This document shows positions 6,490 to 14,103 of a DNA stretch of 16,574 nt, in pieces. Each line of letters begins with the position of its first letter. Positions within the stretch are counted from its first letter, which is position 1. The DNA comes from an uncultured Deinococcales bacterium (GTDB taxonomy: Bacteria > Deinococcota > Deinococci > Deinococcales > JAAFIG01), in NCBI GenBank assembly GCA_964244895.1, contig CAXTKV010000117.1, forward strand, positions 1-16,574. The letters run 5' to 3'. Position numbers and translations under genes: made by a program. A model generated the notes under the pieces. It had not been told where the DNA came from. It ran no database searches and worked only from the letters and a program-made list of their open reading frames with translations.

Positions 6490-7874
6490 GTGACTTTGTC
6501 GGTTTGCTGGTGCTGTTGTTGTTGATCGTCATGAACGCCTTTTTCGTCGCGGCGGAGTATTCGCTCGTCAGCGTCCGGCGCACGCGCATCGACCAACTGG
6601 TCGATGAGGGTAAAGCCGGAGCCAAACGCGTTCAGGGCGCGCTCAAAAACCTGAGTTTCTACATCGCGGCGGTGCAGCTCGGCATCACGGTCGCGGCGCT
6701 CGCCACGGGTTACGTGGCCGAACCCAGCATCGGGCACCTGCTCGAGGGGCCACTGACCAGCCTGGGGCTTTCACAGAGTACCGTCAAGACGGTCGGTCTG
6801 ATCGCGGCCCTGCTGATTTCCACGGTGCTGAGCGTGATCTTCGCGGAACTCGTGCCGAAATCGATCGCGATTCAGCGCTCCGAACAGACCGCCATGACGC
6901 TGATCTACCCGTTGACGGTTTTCGCCTGGATTTTCGGACCGCTCTCGAGGGGGCTCTCGACCGTCGGCGGCGCGGTCACGCGCTTGTTTGGCGTCAAACC
7001 CGTCGAGGGTCACACGACCGGCTATTCCGAAGAAGAGATTCGCATGATCGTTCAGGCGTCCTCCCAGGAAGGTGTGCTCGAGCAGGACGAGAAAGAGTTG
7101 CTCTACAACGTCTTCGATTTTTCCGACACGACCGCCAAGGCGATCATGACGCCGCGCGTCGACATGATCGGGATTCCGTCGGGCGAGACGCTGCGCGAGT
7201 TGGTCGCGTTGAACGCCGAACACGGCTATTCCAGGTTCCCCGTCTACCGCGAGACGACCGACGACATCATCGGCGTGGCCAACATGGCGGATGTCTTCAA
7301 GCACCTGGCGCGCCTGGACGCGATGAAAGTCGATGGGATCATCCGCCCGACGTACTTCGCGCCCGAAGGCATGAAAGTGATCGACCTCTTTCGCAACATG
7401 CAGACCAAGAAACTCCACATGACCGTGATCGTCGATGAATTCGGCGGCACGGCGGGCGTGGTCACGTTAGAAGACATCCTCGAGGAACTGGTCGGTGAAA
7501 TCTACGACGAGACCGATGACGATGAAGAAGATGGCGTGCAGAAGCTCGAGGACGGCGTCTACATCATGGACGCCAGCTTGAAGGTCGAGGAAGTCGAGGA
7601 GGTTCTGGGCACCGAACTGACCGAGGACGACGACGGCGAGTTCGACACGTTGTCCGGGTTCGTGTACCACCAGTTCGGCTACATCCCGCAGCAGGGCGAG
7701 GAAAGCGAGTACCACGGCTGGATTTTCCACATCGAAACCGCCGACGAGCGCCGCGTCTCGAGCGTGCGCGTTTCCAGGCGTCCCGACCCACTAGAACCCG
7801 GCGATGAACCACCCGAGGAACCCGCGCCCATCGAAACCGAACCCGCCCGCGCCGAAGACCGAGGAGCCGCATGA
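6486..7874 (+). CDS. Hemolysin-family HlyC/CorC (CNNM/DUF21 + 2 CBS + CorC_HlyC) protein, probable Mg2+/Co2+ transporter
   Basis: NAFFVAAEYSLVSVRRTRI, QLGIT, AELVPKSIA, IMTPR, GYSRFPVY, VDEFGGTAGVVTLEDILEELVGEIYDE and FDTLSG. Confidence 0.95.
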   Translation: MSDFVGLLVLLLLIVMNAFFVAAEYSLVSVRRTRIDQLVDEGKAGAKRVQGALKNLSFYIAAVQLGITVAALATGYVAEPSIGHLLEGPLTSLGLSQSTVKTVGLIAALLISTVLSVIFAELVPKSIAIQRSEQTAMTLIYPLTVFAWIFGPLSRGLSTVGGAVTRLFGVKPVEGHTTGYSEEEIRMIVQASSQEGVLEQDEKELLYNVFDFSDTTAKAIMTPRVDMIGIPSGETLRELVALNAEHGYSRFPVYRETTDDIIGVANMADVFKHLARLDAMKVDGIIRPTYFAPEGMKVIDLFRNMQTKKLHMTVIVDEFGGTAGVVTLEDILEELVGEIYDETDDDEEDGVQKLEDGVYIMDASLKVEEVEEVLGTELTEDDDGEFDTLSGFVYHQFGYIPQQGEESEYHGWIFHIETADERRVSSVRVSRRPDPLEPGDEPPEEPAPIETEPARAEDRGAA

Positions 7875-8281
7875 GCGATACCCCAGCCCCCGATGCCCTG
7901 GCCGTTGCCGCCCGAGCCGTCGCCCGGAACGCGTATGCCCCGTACTCGAAATTTCGCGTCGGCGCGGCCCTCGAGACCGACGATGGGCGCGTCTTTACGG
8001 GTGCCAACATCGAGAACGCCAGCTACGGACTGGGTCGTTGCGCCGAGCAGAGCGCGATCCAGGCGATGGCGTCCGCCGGTGCGCGCCGGTTCAAACGCAT
8101 TCACGTTTATTCCGAATCCAGCCCGCCCGCCAGCCCGTGCGGTGCCTGCCGCCAGATCCTTTACGAGTTCGGCCCGGACGCGGTGGTGGAATGCTCCAAC
8201 CACCTGGATGAAAGGCTCACGTCCACGGTGCGCGAGCTTCTGCCCGGCGCGTTCGGCCCCGAATTCCTGCTGGAACCCTGA
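7871..8281 (+). CDS. cdd: Cytidine deaminase (homotetrameric type)
   Basis: AYAPYSKFRVGAA, GANIENASY, and Zn motifs CAEQSA and PCGACRQ. ATGA overlap with the upstream gene. Confidence 0.95.
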   Translation: MSDTPAPDALAVAARAVARNAYAPYSKFRVGAALETDDGRVFTGANIENASYGLGRCAEQSAIQAMASAGARRFKRIHVYSESSPPASPCGACRQILYEFGPDAVVECSNHLDERLTSTVRELLPGAFGPEFLLEP

Positions 8282-8285
8282 AGTC

Positions 8286-8336
8286 GGAACACCGTCCAGG
8301 ACAGTGTTCTTAGGGATGCGTCCTGGACGGTGTTCC
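8286..8336. repeat. Palindromic repeat family 1
   Basis: Perfect 17-bp inverted repeat GGAACACCGTCCAGGAC / GTCCTGGACGGTGTTCC, starting 5 nt after the cdd stop. Confidence 0.9.
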
Positions 8337-8360
8337 AGGGATTCGCCGGACAGCACCGAG

Positions 8361-8435
8361 AACCAGGGCGGGTCATAGACCCGCCCCTACGAGCACCGTG
8401 TCCTGTACGGGCGAACCGCAGTGCTCGCCCTGGTT
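8361..8435. repeat. GTAG-type REP doublet (family 2)
   Basis: Minus-strand GTAG-GGGCGGGTC-tat-GACCCGCCC (8390-8366) and plus-strand GTAC-GGGCGAAC...GCTCGCCC (8405-8430). Outer flanks AACCAGGGCG / CGCCCTGGTT are complementary. Confidence 0.7.
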
Positions 8436-8441
8436 TGAACC

Positions 8442-9299
8442 TCAGGCTGCGCTGAAATGCAGCGCGTTACCCGCCGGGTCGCGCGTCTCGAGTTCCGCGC
8501 CATCTCGGGTGAACGGGGCGCTGGCGGCTTTCAGGCGCTCCTCGAGGTGATCGAGTTCGGTCAGGTTGGGCAACTGGATGTGAACGCGTTCCAGGCGGGC
8601 GGTGTTGGCGTTGGCGGGCTGGGCGTTCTGGCTCTGCCAGATGTTCAGCCCGAAATGGTGGTGGTAGCCGCCGACGGACACGAACAGCGCGCCCGGAAAG
8701 GTAGCGACCAGATCGAAGCCCAGCACGTTCAGGTAAAACGCTCTGGTCGCCTCCAGGTCGGCCACGCGCAGGTGGAAGTGCCCCATGATGGTGCCCTCGG
8801 GCATGCCCATCCAGGGCGCGTCCGCGCCGGGTTCGGCCAACATCCCGGCGACATCCACGGGATCGGAGGCCATCTGCACCCGATCGAGATTCCATTTCCA
8901 CTCGCTGCGCGGTCGGTCGCGGTAGATTTCGATGCCGTGACCGTCGGGGTCGTTCATGTAGAACGCCTCGCTGACCAGGTGGTCGCCCTGCCCGAGCCGC
9001 AAGCCCAGGTCGCTGATGTGCCGCACGAACCGCGCCAGGTCGACCCGCGATGGCAGCAGGATTGCGAAGTGGTACAGGCCCGTGCTGTTGCGGGCCGTCG
9101 GTGACGCGCCGGGAACTTCCGTGATTTGCAACAGCGCGCCCTGGCCGGTGCCGAGCCGAGCCGTCTTGCCGTCGGTTTCCAGCAGTTTCATGCCGAGCGC
9201 TTCGCGGTAGAATTTCAGGCTGCGCTCCAGGTTGGTGACGGTCAATTCGAGCCATCCGAGTCGGAGGTCGGGGTGAAGCCGGGTGTGTGCGGTTTGCAT
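8442..9299 (-). CDS. Two-domain VOC family protein (catechol 2,3-dioxygenase CatE-like)
   Basis: GLYHFAILLP, GDHLVSEAFYMNDPDGHGIEIY, MGHFHL and GGYHHHFGLNIW. SD AGGAG. Confidence 0.92.
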   Translation of the reverse strand: MQTAHTRLHPDLRLGWLELTVTNLERSLKFYREALGMKLLETDGKTARLGTGQGALLQITEVPGASPTARNSTGLYHFAILLPSRVDLARFVRHISDLGLRLGQGDHLVSEAFYMNDPDGHGIEIYRDRPRSEWKWNLDRVQMASDPVDVAGMLAEPGADAPWMGMPEGTIMGHFHLRVADLEATRAFYLNVLGFDLVATFPGALFVSVGGYHHHFGLNIWQSQNAQPANANTARLERVHIQLPNLTELDHLEERLKAASAPFTRDGAELETRDPAGNALHFSAA

Positions 9300-9333
9300 G
9301 GGCTGCTCCTGTCTGAGCGTTGGCTTGAAAGCT

Positions 9334-9798
9334 TCAAGCGCCGTTGTTGGCTTCCTCGAGCAACGCCAGAAGTTGCTCGAGTTTCTGCGAGCCTAGATGC
9401 TCGAGTTGCCGCCGGTGCGTGTCGGCCACGGGCGCGTCGAGTTCCTCGAGCAAGGCCAGTCCTTTTTCGGTGATGCGGGTCGTGACGATCCGTCGATCCT
9501 GGCGTTCTCTGGCGCGCGCCACCCATTCTTGTTTTTCCATCCGATCCAGCAAGCGCGTCACGTCCGGGTCTTTGGCGATCAGGCGTTCGCTGATTTCCGT
9601 GCAGGTCAGCCCTTCTTGCGCGCCCCGCAGGATGCGCAGGGCGTTGAATTGCGATCCGCTCAGGCCGGAAGGTTTCAGCAGGTCGGCCACCTGCGCGTTC
9701 AGGTCGCTCGAGAGGCGCTGCAAGGCCAGGTAGACCTCGTGCTCCAGGCTCGAGAAGGCTTTGGTCTGTTTGATGGCGTTCGCGGTCTTTGAGGGCAT
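9334..9798 (-). CDS. MarR family transcriptional regulator, 154 aa
   Basis: GLSGSQFNALRIL, wHTH DVTRLLDRMEKQEWVARARERQDRR and ITEKG. Start set at ATG 9798 because the promoter lies at 9830-9858. Confidence 0.92.
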   Translation of the reverse strand: MPSKTANAIKQTKAFSSLEHEVYLALQRLSSDLNAQVADLLKPSGLSGSQFNALRILRGAQEGLTCTEISERLIAKDPDVTRLLDRMEKQEWVARARERQDRRIVTTRITEKGLALLEELDAPVADTHRRQLEHLGSQKLEQLLALLEEANNGA

Positions 9799-9829
9799 GG
9801 CTGCTTTCGGTGGAAGGCGTGGCTGCCTT

Positions 9830-9867
9830 AGTGTAATCGTTTTAACGATTATCGTCAAGACGATAAT
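9830..9867 (-). promoter_or_regulatory. Sigma70-type promoter of marR-VOC overlapped by two tandem palindromic operators
   Basis: TTGACG (9858-9853) -17 nt- TACACT (9835-9830). Palindromes TAATCGTT-tt-AACGATTA (9834-9851) and ATTATCGTC-aa-GACGATAAT (9848-9867). Confidence 0.85.
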
Positions 9868-9920
9868 ATCTCGATCTCGAGGTTCTTCCGCGCACCGGAT
9901 TCGCGAACGTCGCCACGAAA

Positions 9921-9987
9921 AACACCGTCCAGCACGCACGATTTAATTTGCGTGCTGGACGGTGTTCTCGAGGTCTGGACGGTGTTC
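9921..9987. repeat. Palindromic repeat family 1 plus one extra right arm
   Basis: Perfect 18-bp inverted repeat AACACCGTCCAGCACGCA / TGCGTGCTGGACGGTGTT (9921-9966), with an extra CTGGACGGTGTTC at 9975-9987. Confidence 0.9.
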
Positions 9988-10164
9988 CGAGCTTCACCAA
10001 ACGCGGCGGAACATGGAGATCAACCTCGAGCTTCCCTGGCGCGGAAAGCTCGAGCATCGTTGCGACGGAATAGCGCGCGACAGTCGTTCTCGTCACGCAA
10101 GCGACGCCCGCGAGGTCGAAGAGACTGTTCGTCCCTACAACATCGAACGCGAGGTGCGTTCAAG

Positions 10165-10893
10165 CTACTTGTGAACCTCGAGTTCAAGCTTGAAATTGCC
10201 GCGCCGCGTCTCGTTCAAGACGCGCTTGAACTCGATCCGCCCCAGGCCATCGGCGATCAGCGTGTCGCCCTCGCGAATGCTGGTGCTGGACGTGGCGACC
10301 TGACCGTTGACGCGCACTTTCTTGCCTTCGATGCCCTGCTGAAAGTACGCGCGGCTCACCCCGAAACCTTTCGCGCCGACCACGTCCACGCGCATGGAGG
10401 GCACGACCACGGCGCGGGTTTTCTGGCTGCGCTCCAGGGATTCAGGCTCGACCACGTCGGTCTGGACTTCGATCTCGCGGCCCAGGGCGCGGATGCTGGT
10501 CAAGGGCTCGAGTTGCTTGAGCCCTTTGGCGGTCGTGGCAATCAGAAACGCGCCGTGCTGCTCGCGGGCGTCGCCGCGCAATTCGTCCGGCAGTTGCAGC
10601 GCCACCAGCAGATCGTTCAGGTCAAAATTGGTCGGGAAATCCCCGTCGAACTGCACCACGCGCACCGGGTCGTCCACGTTCGGGATGTGTTCAGGATAGA
10701 GCGTGTAGATCACGCGCGATGGGTCGGTGAAGCCGCCGTGGACGGCGAAGCGGACACCTTCGGCGGTCAACAGACGCCGATCGACCTCGTTGGCCTCGAC
10801 GAAGCCGGTGCGAACCACGCGACCGCCACGGGCGAGCGAGACGAGGCTGCGAAGGTCGGGGCTGCGAGGATCGGGGCTGCGAGGATCTGGGAT
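10165..10893 (-). CDS. YlmH/Sll1252-like S4-domain RNA-binding protein; start uncertain
   Basis: C-terminal S4 domain SMRVDVVGAKGFGVSR...VRVNG...IREGDTLIADGLGRI...ETRRG. The first canonical start is GTG 10818, but the frame is open to 10926 and DLRSLVSLARGGR looks like part of the protein. ATC 10893 is a candidate start. Confidence 0.8.
   Translation of the reverse strand: MPDPRSPDPRSPDLRSLVSLARGGRVVRTGFVEANEVDRRLLTAEGVRFAVHGGFTDPSRVIYTLYPEHIPNVDDPVRVVQFDGDFPTNFDLNDLLVALQLPDELRGDAREQHGAFLIATTAKGLKQLEPLTSIRALGREIEVQTDVVEPESLERSQKTRAVVVPSMRVDVVGAKGFGVSRAYFQQGIEGKKVRVNGQVATSSTSIREGDTLIADGLGRIEFKRVLNETRRGNFKLELEVHK
10846..10890. repeat. 15-bp tandem repeat x3 encoding PDPRS-PDPRS-PDLRS on the minus strand
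   Basis: GCTGCGAAGGTCGGG, GCTGCGAGGATCGGG and GCTGCGAGGATCTGG. Confidence 0.9.
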
Positions 10894-10926
10894 GAAAACC
10901 GACCGCCCTTCAGGTGATGCTTTGTC

Positions 10927-11715
10927 TCAGGGAATTCTGGTGGTGCGCAGGTGGAACGACCACGAGGTCTTCAAGGGCGTTTCCAGGCTCGAGAAGCGTT
11001 CCGTCAATGCCCCCTTGATCTCGCGCGCGGCCCGCACCCGAAGCTCAAGCGGCACGCCGCGCGTGAACGAGTATAGACCCTCGCTCAATGCTTCGACGAT
11101 CTCTGAGGGAGTGTTGAAGACTTCCCAGTGCGCGATTTCGGCCTCGGTGGGTTGCAGCTTGCGGCGCTTGAAGAACTTCCTGGATGCTTCCAGCGCAGCC
11201 CGGTGCGCACCGCGTTGAATCGGGTGACCGAGTCGCGCCACGGCCTCGCACCAGGCATCCTGAATTTCCGAAGTTGGGCTGTGCTCGTCGGGGGCGTCCC
11301 AACCCTCGAACAAGAACCCTCCGGGGCGCAACACGCGGGCGGCTTCGGTCAGGGCGAGTTCCAGATCGGGCACCAGATGCCAGATGTGAACCGCGATCAC
11401 GGCGTGAAAGCTGCTCGATTCGAACGGCAAATCTTGCGCGTCGGCTTCGACCAGAGAGACCTTGCGGGACACGCCCGAGATTTTCGAGCGGAACAGTTCC
11501 ATCATTTCGACATCCGTGTCCACGCCGGTGAACCGAAAACCGCGCGCCACGATCGGCACGGCGATGCGACCCGTACCGACGCCGACCTCGAGCACGTGCG
11601 CTTCCTTGAAGGCGCGCTCCAGAGGATCGCTGATGGCGGTCGCAATTCGGCCCGAAACTTCGGGCGGATGATACCGGTTGCGATCGTACGCGTGAGCGAC
11701 GCGCAGGCTCTGCAT
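10927..11715 (-). CDS. Class I SAM-dependent methyltransferase, 262 aa
   Basis: VLEVGVGTGRI, ADAQDLPFESSSF and RVLRPGG. GGAGG precedes ATG 11715, with an extended -10-like TGtTAGTAT upstream. Confidence 0.9.
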   Translation of the reverse strand: MQSLRVAHAYDRNRYHPPEVSGRIATAISDPLERAFKEAHVLEVGVGTGRIAVPIVARGFRFTGVDTDVEMMELFRSKISGVSRKVSLVEADAQDLPFESSSFHAVIAVHIWHLVPDLELALTEAARVLRPGGFLFEGWDAPDEHSPTSEIQDAWCEAVARLGHPIQRGAHRAALEASRKFFKRRKLQPTEAEIAHWEVFNTPSEIVEALSEGLYSFTRGVPLELRVRAAREIKGALTERFSSLETPLKTSWSFHLRTTRIP

Positions 11716-11986
11716 TTTTTCACGCCTCCGACTGCATACTAACAACCCTGTCAACCCCGGTTCAAGTAGGGTGACAAAATTCTCTGGGCGCGATCTGCCG
11801 TCCAGGGCGCAGAATCTGGCGTATTGAACGGATTTTTGCCGAAATTGCCGCTCGAGTCTGAGGTGCTTGTGATGCGTTGGGCGAAAGCGATTTCAGAGCG
11901 TCCTGCTCGAGCACCGCGCCGAATGCATGATCTGGCATTACCTATGCAAACCGCTGAAGCGGCGCGTCGGGCACGGCATTTCGGGC

Positions 11987-12580
11987 TCAGGTGGTGACGG
12001 GACTGCGCTCCTTGAACGACGCGATCACCTGATCGAGCGCCCGTCCCCGGTGTGAAAAAGCGCGCTTTTGCGCGATTGTGGCTTCCGCGAAGGTCATGCC
12101 GAGTTCAGGCACGAAAAAAAGAGGGTCGTAGCCGAAGCCGCCCGTGCCGCGCGGCCCCTCGAGCAACTCGCCTGCAACTTCGCCACGGTAGGTTTGCGTC
12201 CAGCCGGTCGGAAAGGCGATCACGACCACGCACACGAATTTCGCGCGGCGCGGCGCGGGCACGTCCCGCAGGCGTTCGAGCAGGTACAGGTTGCGCTCGT
12301 GGTCGCTGTCCAAGTTTCCGAACCGCGCCGAGAACACGCCCGGTTCACCGTTCAGGGCTTCGACCTCGAGCCCGGAATCGTCGGCCAGGGACGGCTGACC
12401 CGTCACGGCGGCGGTGAAGGCCGCCTTGATGAACGCGTTCTCCTCGTAGCTCACGCCCGTCTCCTCGGGCAGGCTGACGCCGATGCCCTCCAGATTCGCC
12501 AGATTCCAACCCAACGGCGCGAGACCTTCCTCGAACTCGAGGAGCTTCCCACGATTCCCGGTGGCAATCAGGACGCGCAC
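11987..12580 (-). CDS. rdgB: Non-canonical purine NTP pyrophosphatase (RdgB/HAM1)
   Basis: ATGNRGKLLE, EETG..YEENA..KA, ADDSGLEV.ALNGEPGVFSAR, GFGYDPLF and SHRGRA. Leaderless TAGAAT-ccatgg-GTG. Confidence 0.96.
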   Translation of the reverse strand: MRVLIATGNRGKLLEFEEGLAPLGWNLANLEGIGVSLPEETGVSYEENAFIKAAFTAAVTGQPSLADDSGLEVEALNGEPGVFSARFGNLDSDHERNLYLLERLRDVPAPRRAKFVCVVVIAFPTGWTQTYRGEVAGELLEGPRGTGGFGYDPLFFVPELGMTFAEATIAQKRAFSHRGRALDQVIASFKERSPVTT

Positions 12581-12694
12581 CCATGGATTCTAACGCGGTC
12601 TTCGGATCGGATAGACGCCTGCGGTTGCAATTTTCGCATGTGGTGGCTGGAACGGGTTCAACAGTGCTGAACGTTCGTCTGAAAGACCTGTCGG

Positions 12695-12752
12695 GCTCAA
12701 AAACACCGTACTGGACGGTGTTTGAGCAAAAACGCCGTGCTGGACGGTGCTC
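12695..12752. repeat. Palindromic repeat family 1, collapsed tandem variant
   Basis: AAAAACACCGTACTGGACGGTGT followed by AAAAACGCCGTGCTGGACGGTGC: two internally shortened units. Confidence 0.7.
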
Positions 12753-12908
12753 TCGGTTTCTGAATCTTTAGGGTTGCGCCTCACTCGAGCCCACTCCATT
12801 TTTCGAGATGGTCACGATCCGAATCCCAGGTTCTCGAGTCGCCCGAACCGGAACCTGCGAGGCCACGAATGAACCCTCAAACGCCAGTTCTCGCCCTAGC
12901 CTGAACCC

Positions 12909-13502
12909 ATGCGGATCGTCGTTCTGATCGTCGTGCTGGCCCTGAGCGGATTCTTGTTGCGCGGCGCGCTGGCGGGTCGCGCAATCTCGCACCCCGCCGG
13001 AATTCTGGTGCGTTCCGAACCGTCTCAGACGGCACTTTCGATGAATGTTCGTTTTGACAAGAATGGCTTCACGGTCACGGCACTGGCGGGTTTCGAGCTT
13101 CGGGCGCGCGTGATCCTCAAGGCCGACTACAACGATTCTGGCGCTCGGGTCGCGCCCGTGGATCTGGCGCTCGGCTGGGGGCCGATGTCCGACTCGAGCG
13201 TGCTGGACGCGCTGAACGTCTACCAGTCGGATCGTTTTTACTACTTTGAGGCCAAAGACAAGTGGCCCTTGCCCCTCGAGAACGTCGGTTACTACAGCGC
13301 CAACATGCACATGATCCCGGCCAGCCCAGGCGTGGAACGCGCGCTGCGCGGCCTGAAATCGGGCAACGTGGTTCACCTGCGCGGTTACTTGGTTCACGTG
13401 GACGGCCCGGAAGGCTTCACCTGGACGAGTTCCTTGACGCGCTCCGATGCCGGGAACGGCGCGTGCGAACTCGTCTGGGTCGAGGCGCTCGAGGTCGGTT
13501 GA
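12909..13502 (+). CDS. Conserved hypothetical exported or membrane-anchored protein
   Basis: Hydrophobic N-terminus. Conserved-looking motifs PVDLALGWGPMSD, SANMHMIPA, LRGYLV and SSLTRSDAGNGACE. Leaderless TAGCCT-gaaccc-ATG. Confidence 0.85.
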   Translation: MRIVVLIVVLALSGFLLRGALAGRAISHPAGILVRSEPSQTALSMNVRFDKNGFTVTALAGFELRARVILKADYNDSGARVAPVDLALGWGPMSDSSVLDALNVYQSDRFYYFEAKDKWPLPLENVGYYSANMHMIPASPGVERALRGLKSGNVVHLRGYLVHVDGPEGFTWTSSLTRSDAGNGACELVWVEALEVG

Positions 13503-13541
13503 AGCTGTGCGACTGCTTGGACACTCGAGAGAACGGCGACC

Positions 13542-13577
13542 AAAAAGAACGGTCAGGGTTTCTTCCCTGACCGTTTT
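13542..13577. terminator. Intrinsic terminator between convergent genes (probably bidirectional)
   Basis: 11-bp stem AACGGTCAGGG / CCCTGACCGTT with an A-tract on the left and a T-tract on the right. Confidence 0.85.
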
Positions 13578-13595
13578 GAATGAAGTTGACTCGGC

Positions 13596-13874
13596 TTAAA
13601 TCTTGCCTTTGAGCGTGCTGGACGCCTTGAACCGCAAACGCTTGCCAGCGGGAATCTTGATCTTGGTCTTCGTACCCGGACGAACACCCGTGCGGGCCTT
13701 CGTCTTGACGACGCTGAACGTGCCCAGGCCCGGTAGTGTGACCGAACCCTTCTTCACGCCCGCGAGGACGGCGGCGATCGTTGCATCTACGGCTGAACCC
13801 GCCTGCTTGCGGGTCACACCAGATTTGCTCGCGATCTCCTGGACGAGGTGCGCCTTGCCCATTCGTTCTGCCAT
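13596..13874 (-). CDS. hup: HU family DNA-binding protein
   Basis: VTLPGLGTFSV, ARTGVRPGT and IKIPAGKRLRFKASSTLK. Strong SD GGAGGT. Confidence 0.95.
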   Translation of the reverse strand: MAERMGKAHLVQEIASKSGVTRKQAGSAVDATIAAVLAGVKKGSVTLPGLGTFSVVKTKARTGVRPGTKTKIKIPAGKRLRFKASSTLKGKI

Positions 13875-14103
13875 GGTTTGTTACCTCCGAATATCACTTT
13901 GTACGACTGCACGCTTTTTGTCAACATTTGTTGCGACCAAGACGCAAAAAATCGAGGTTGAGGGGGTACACAAAACCCGGTTTTTCGAGGTTTTTTGGAC
14001 TCGATTTTAGTCGTCGAGCACGAAGCCAATCGATTCAGGCCGTGAGCATCGGAGTGTACTCGAGAGCGGTGTCCAGGACGATCTTTGCACGTAGTCTGAG
14101 GTG

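Noticed and set aside
9799..9939. ORF-track N-terminal extensions of marR (also aminotransferase 1714-1932, yegP 5573-5782 and methyltransferase 11716-11754)
   Set aside because: They run through promoters, operators or repeats. Downstream starts have better SD or promoter support.
9962..10174. Small ORF between marR and the S4 gene
   Set aside because: It overlaps repeat arms, a CTCGAG-closed hairpin (10025-10054) and a REP relic (10123-10138), and has no motif or clear initiation signal.
11755..11986. Possible ncRNA in the methyltransferase-rdgB gap
   Set aside because: Only short, weak stems were found, with no recognisable RNA family motif.
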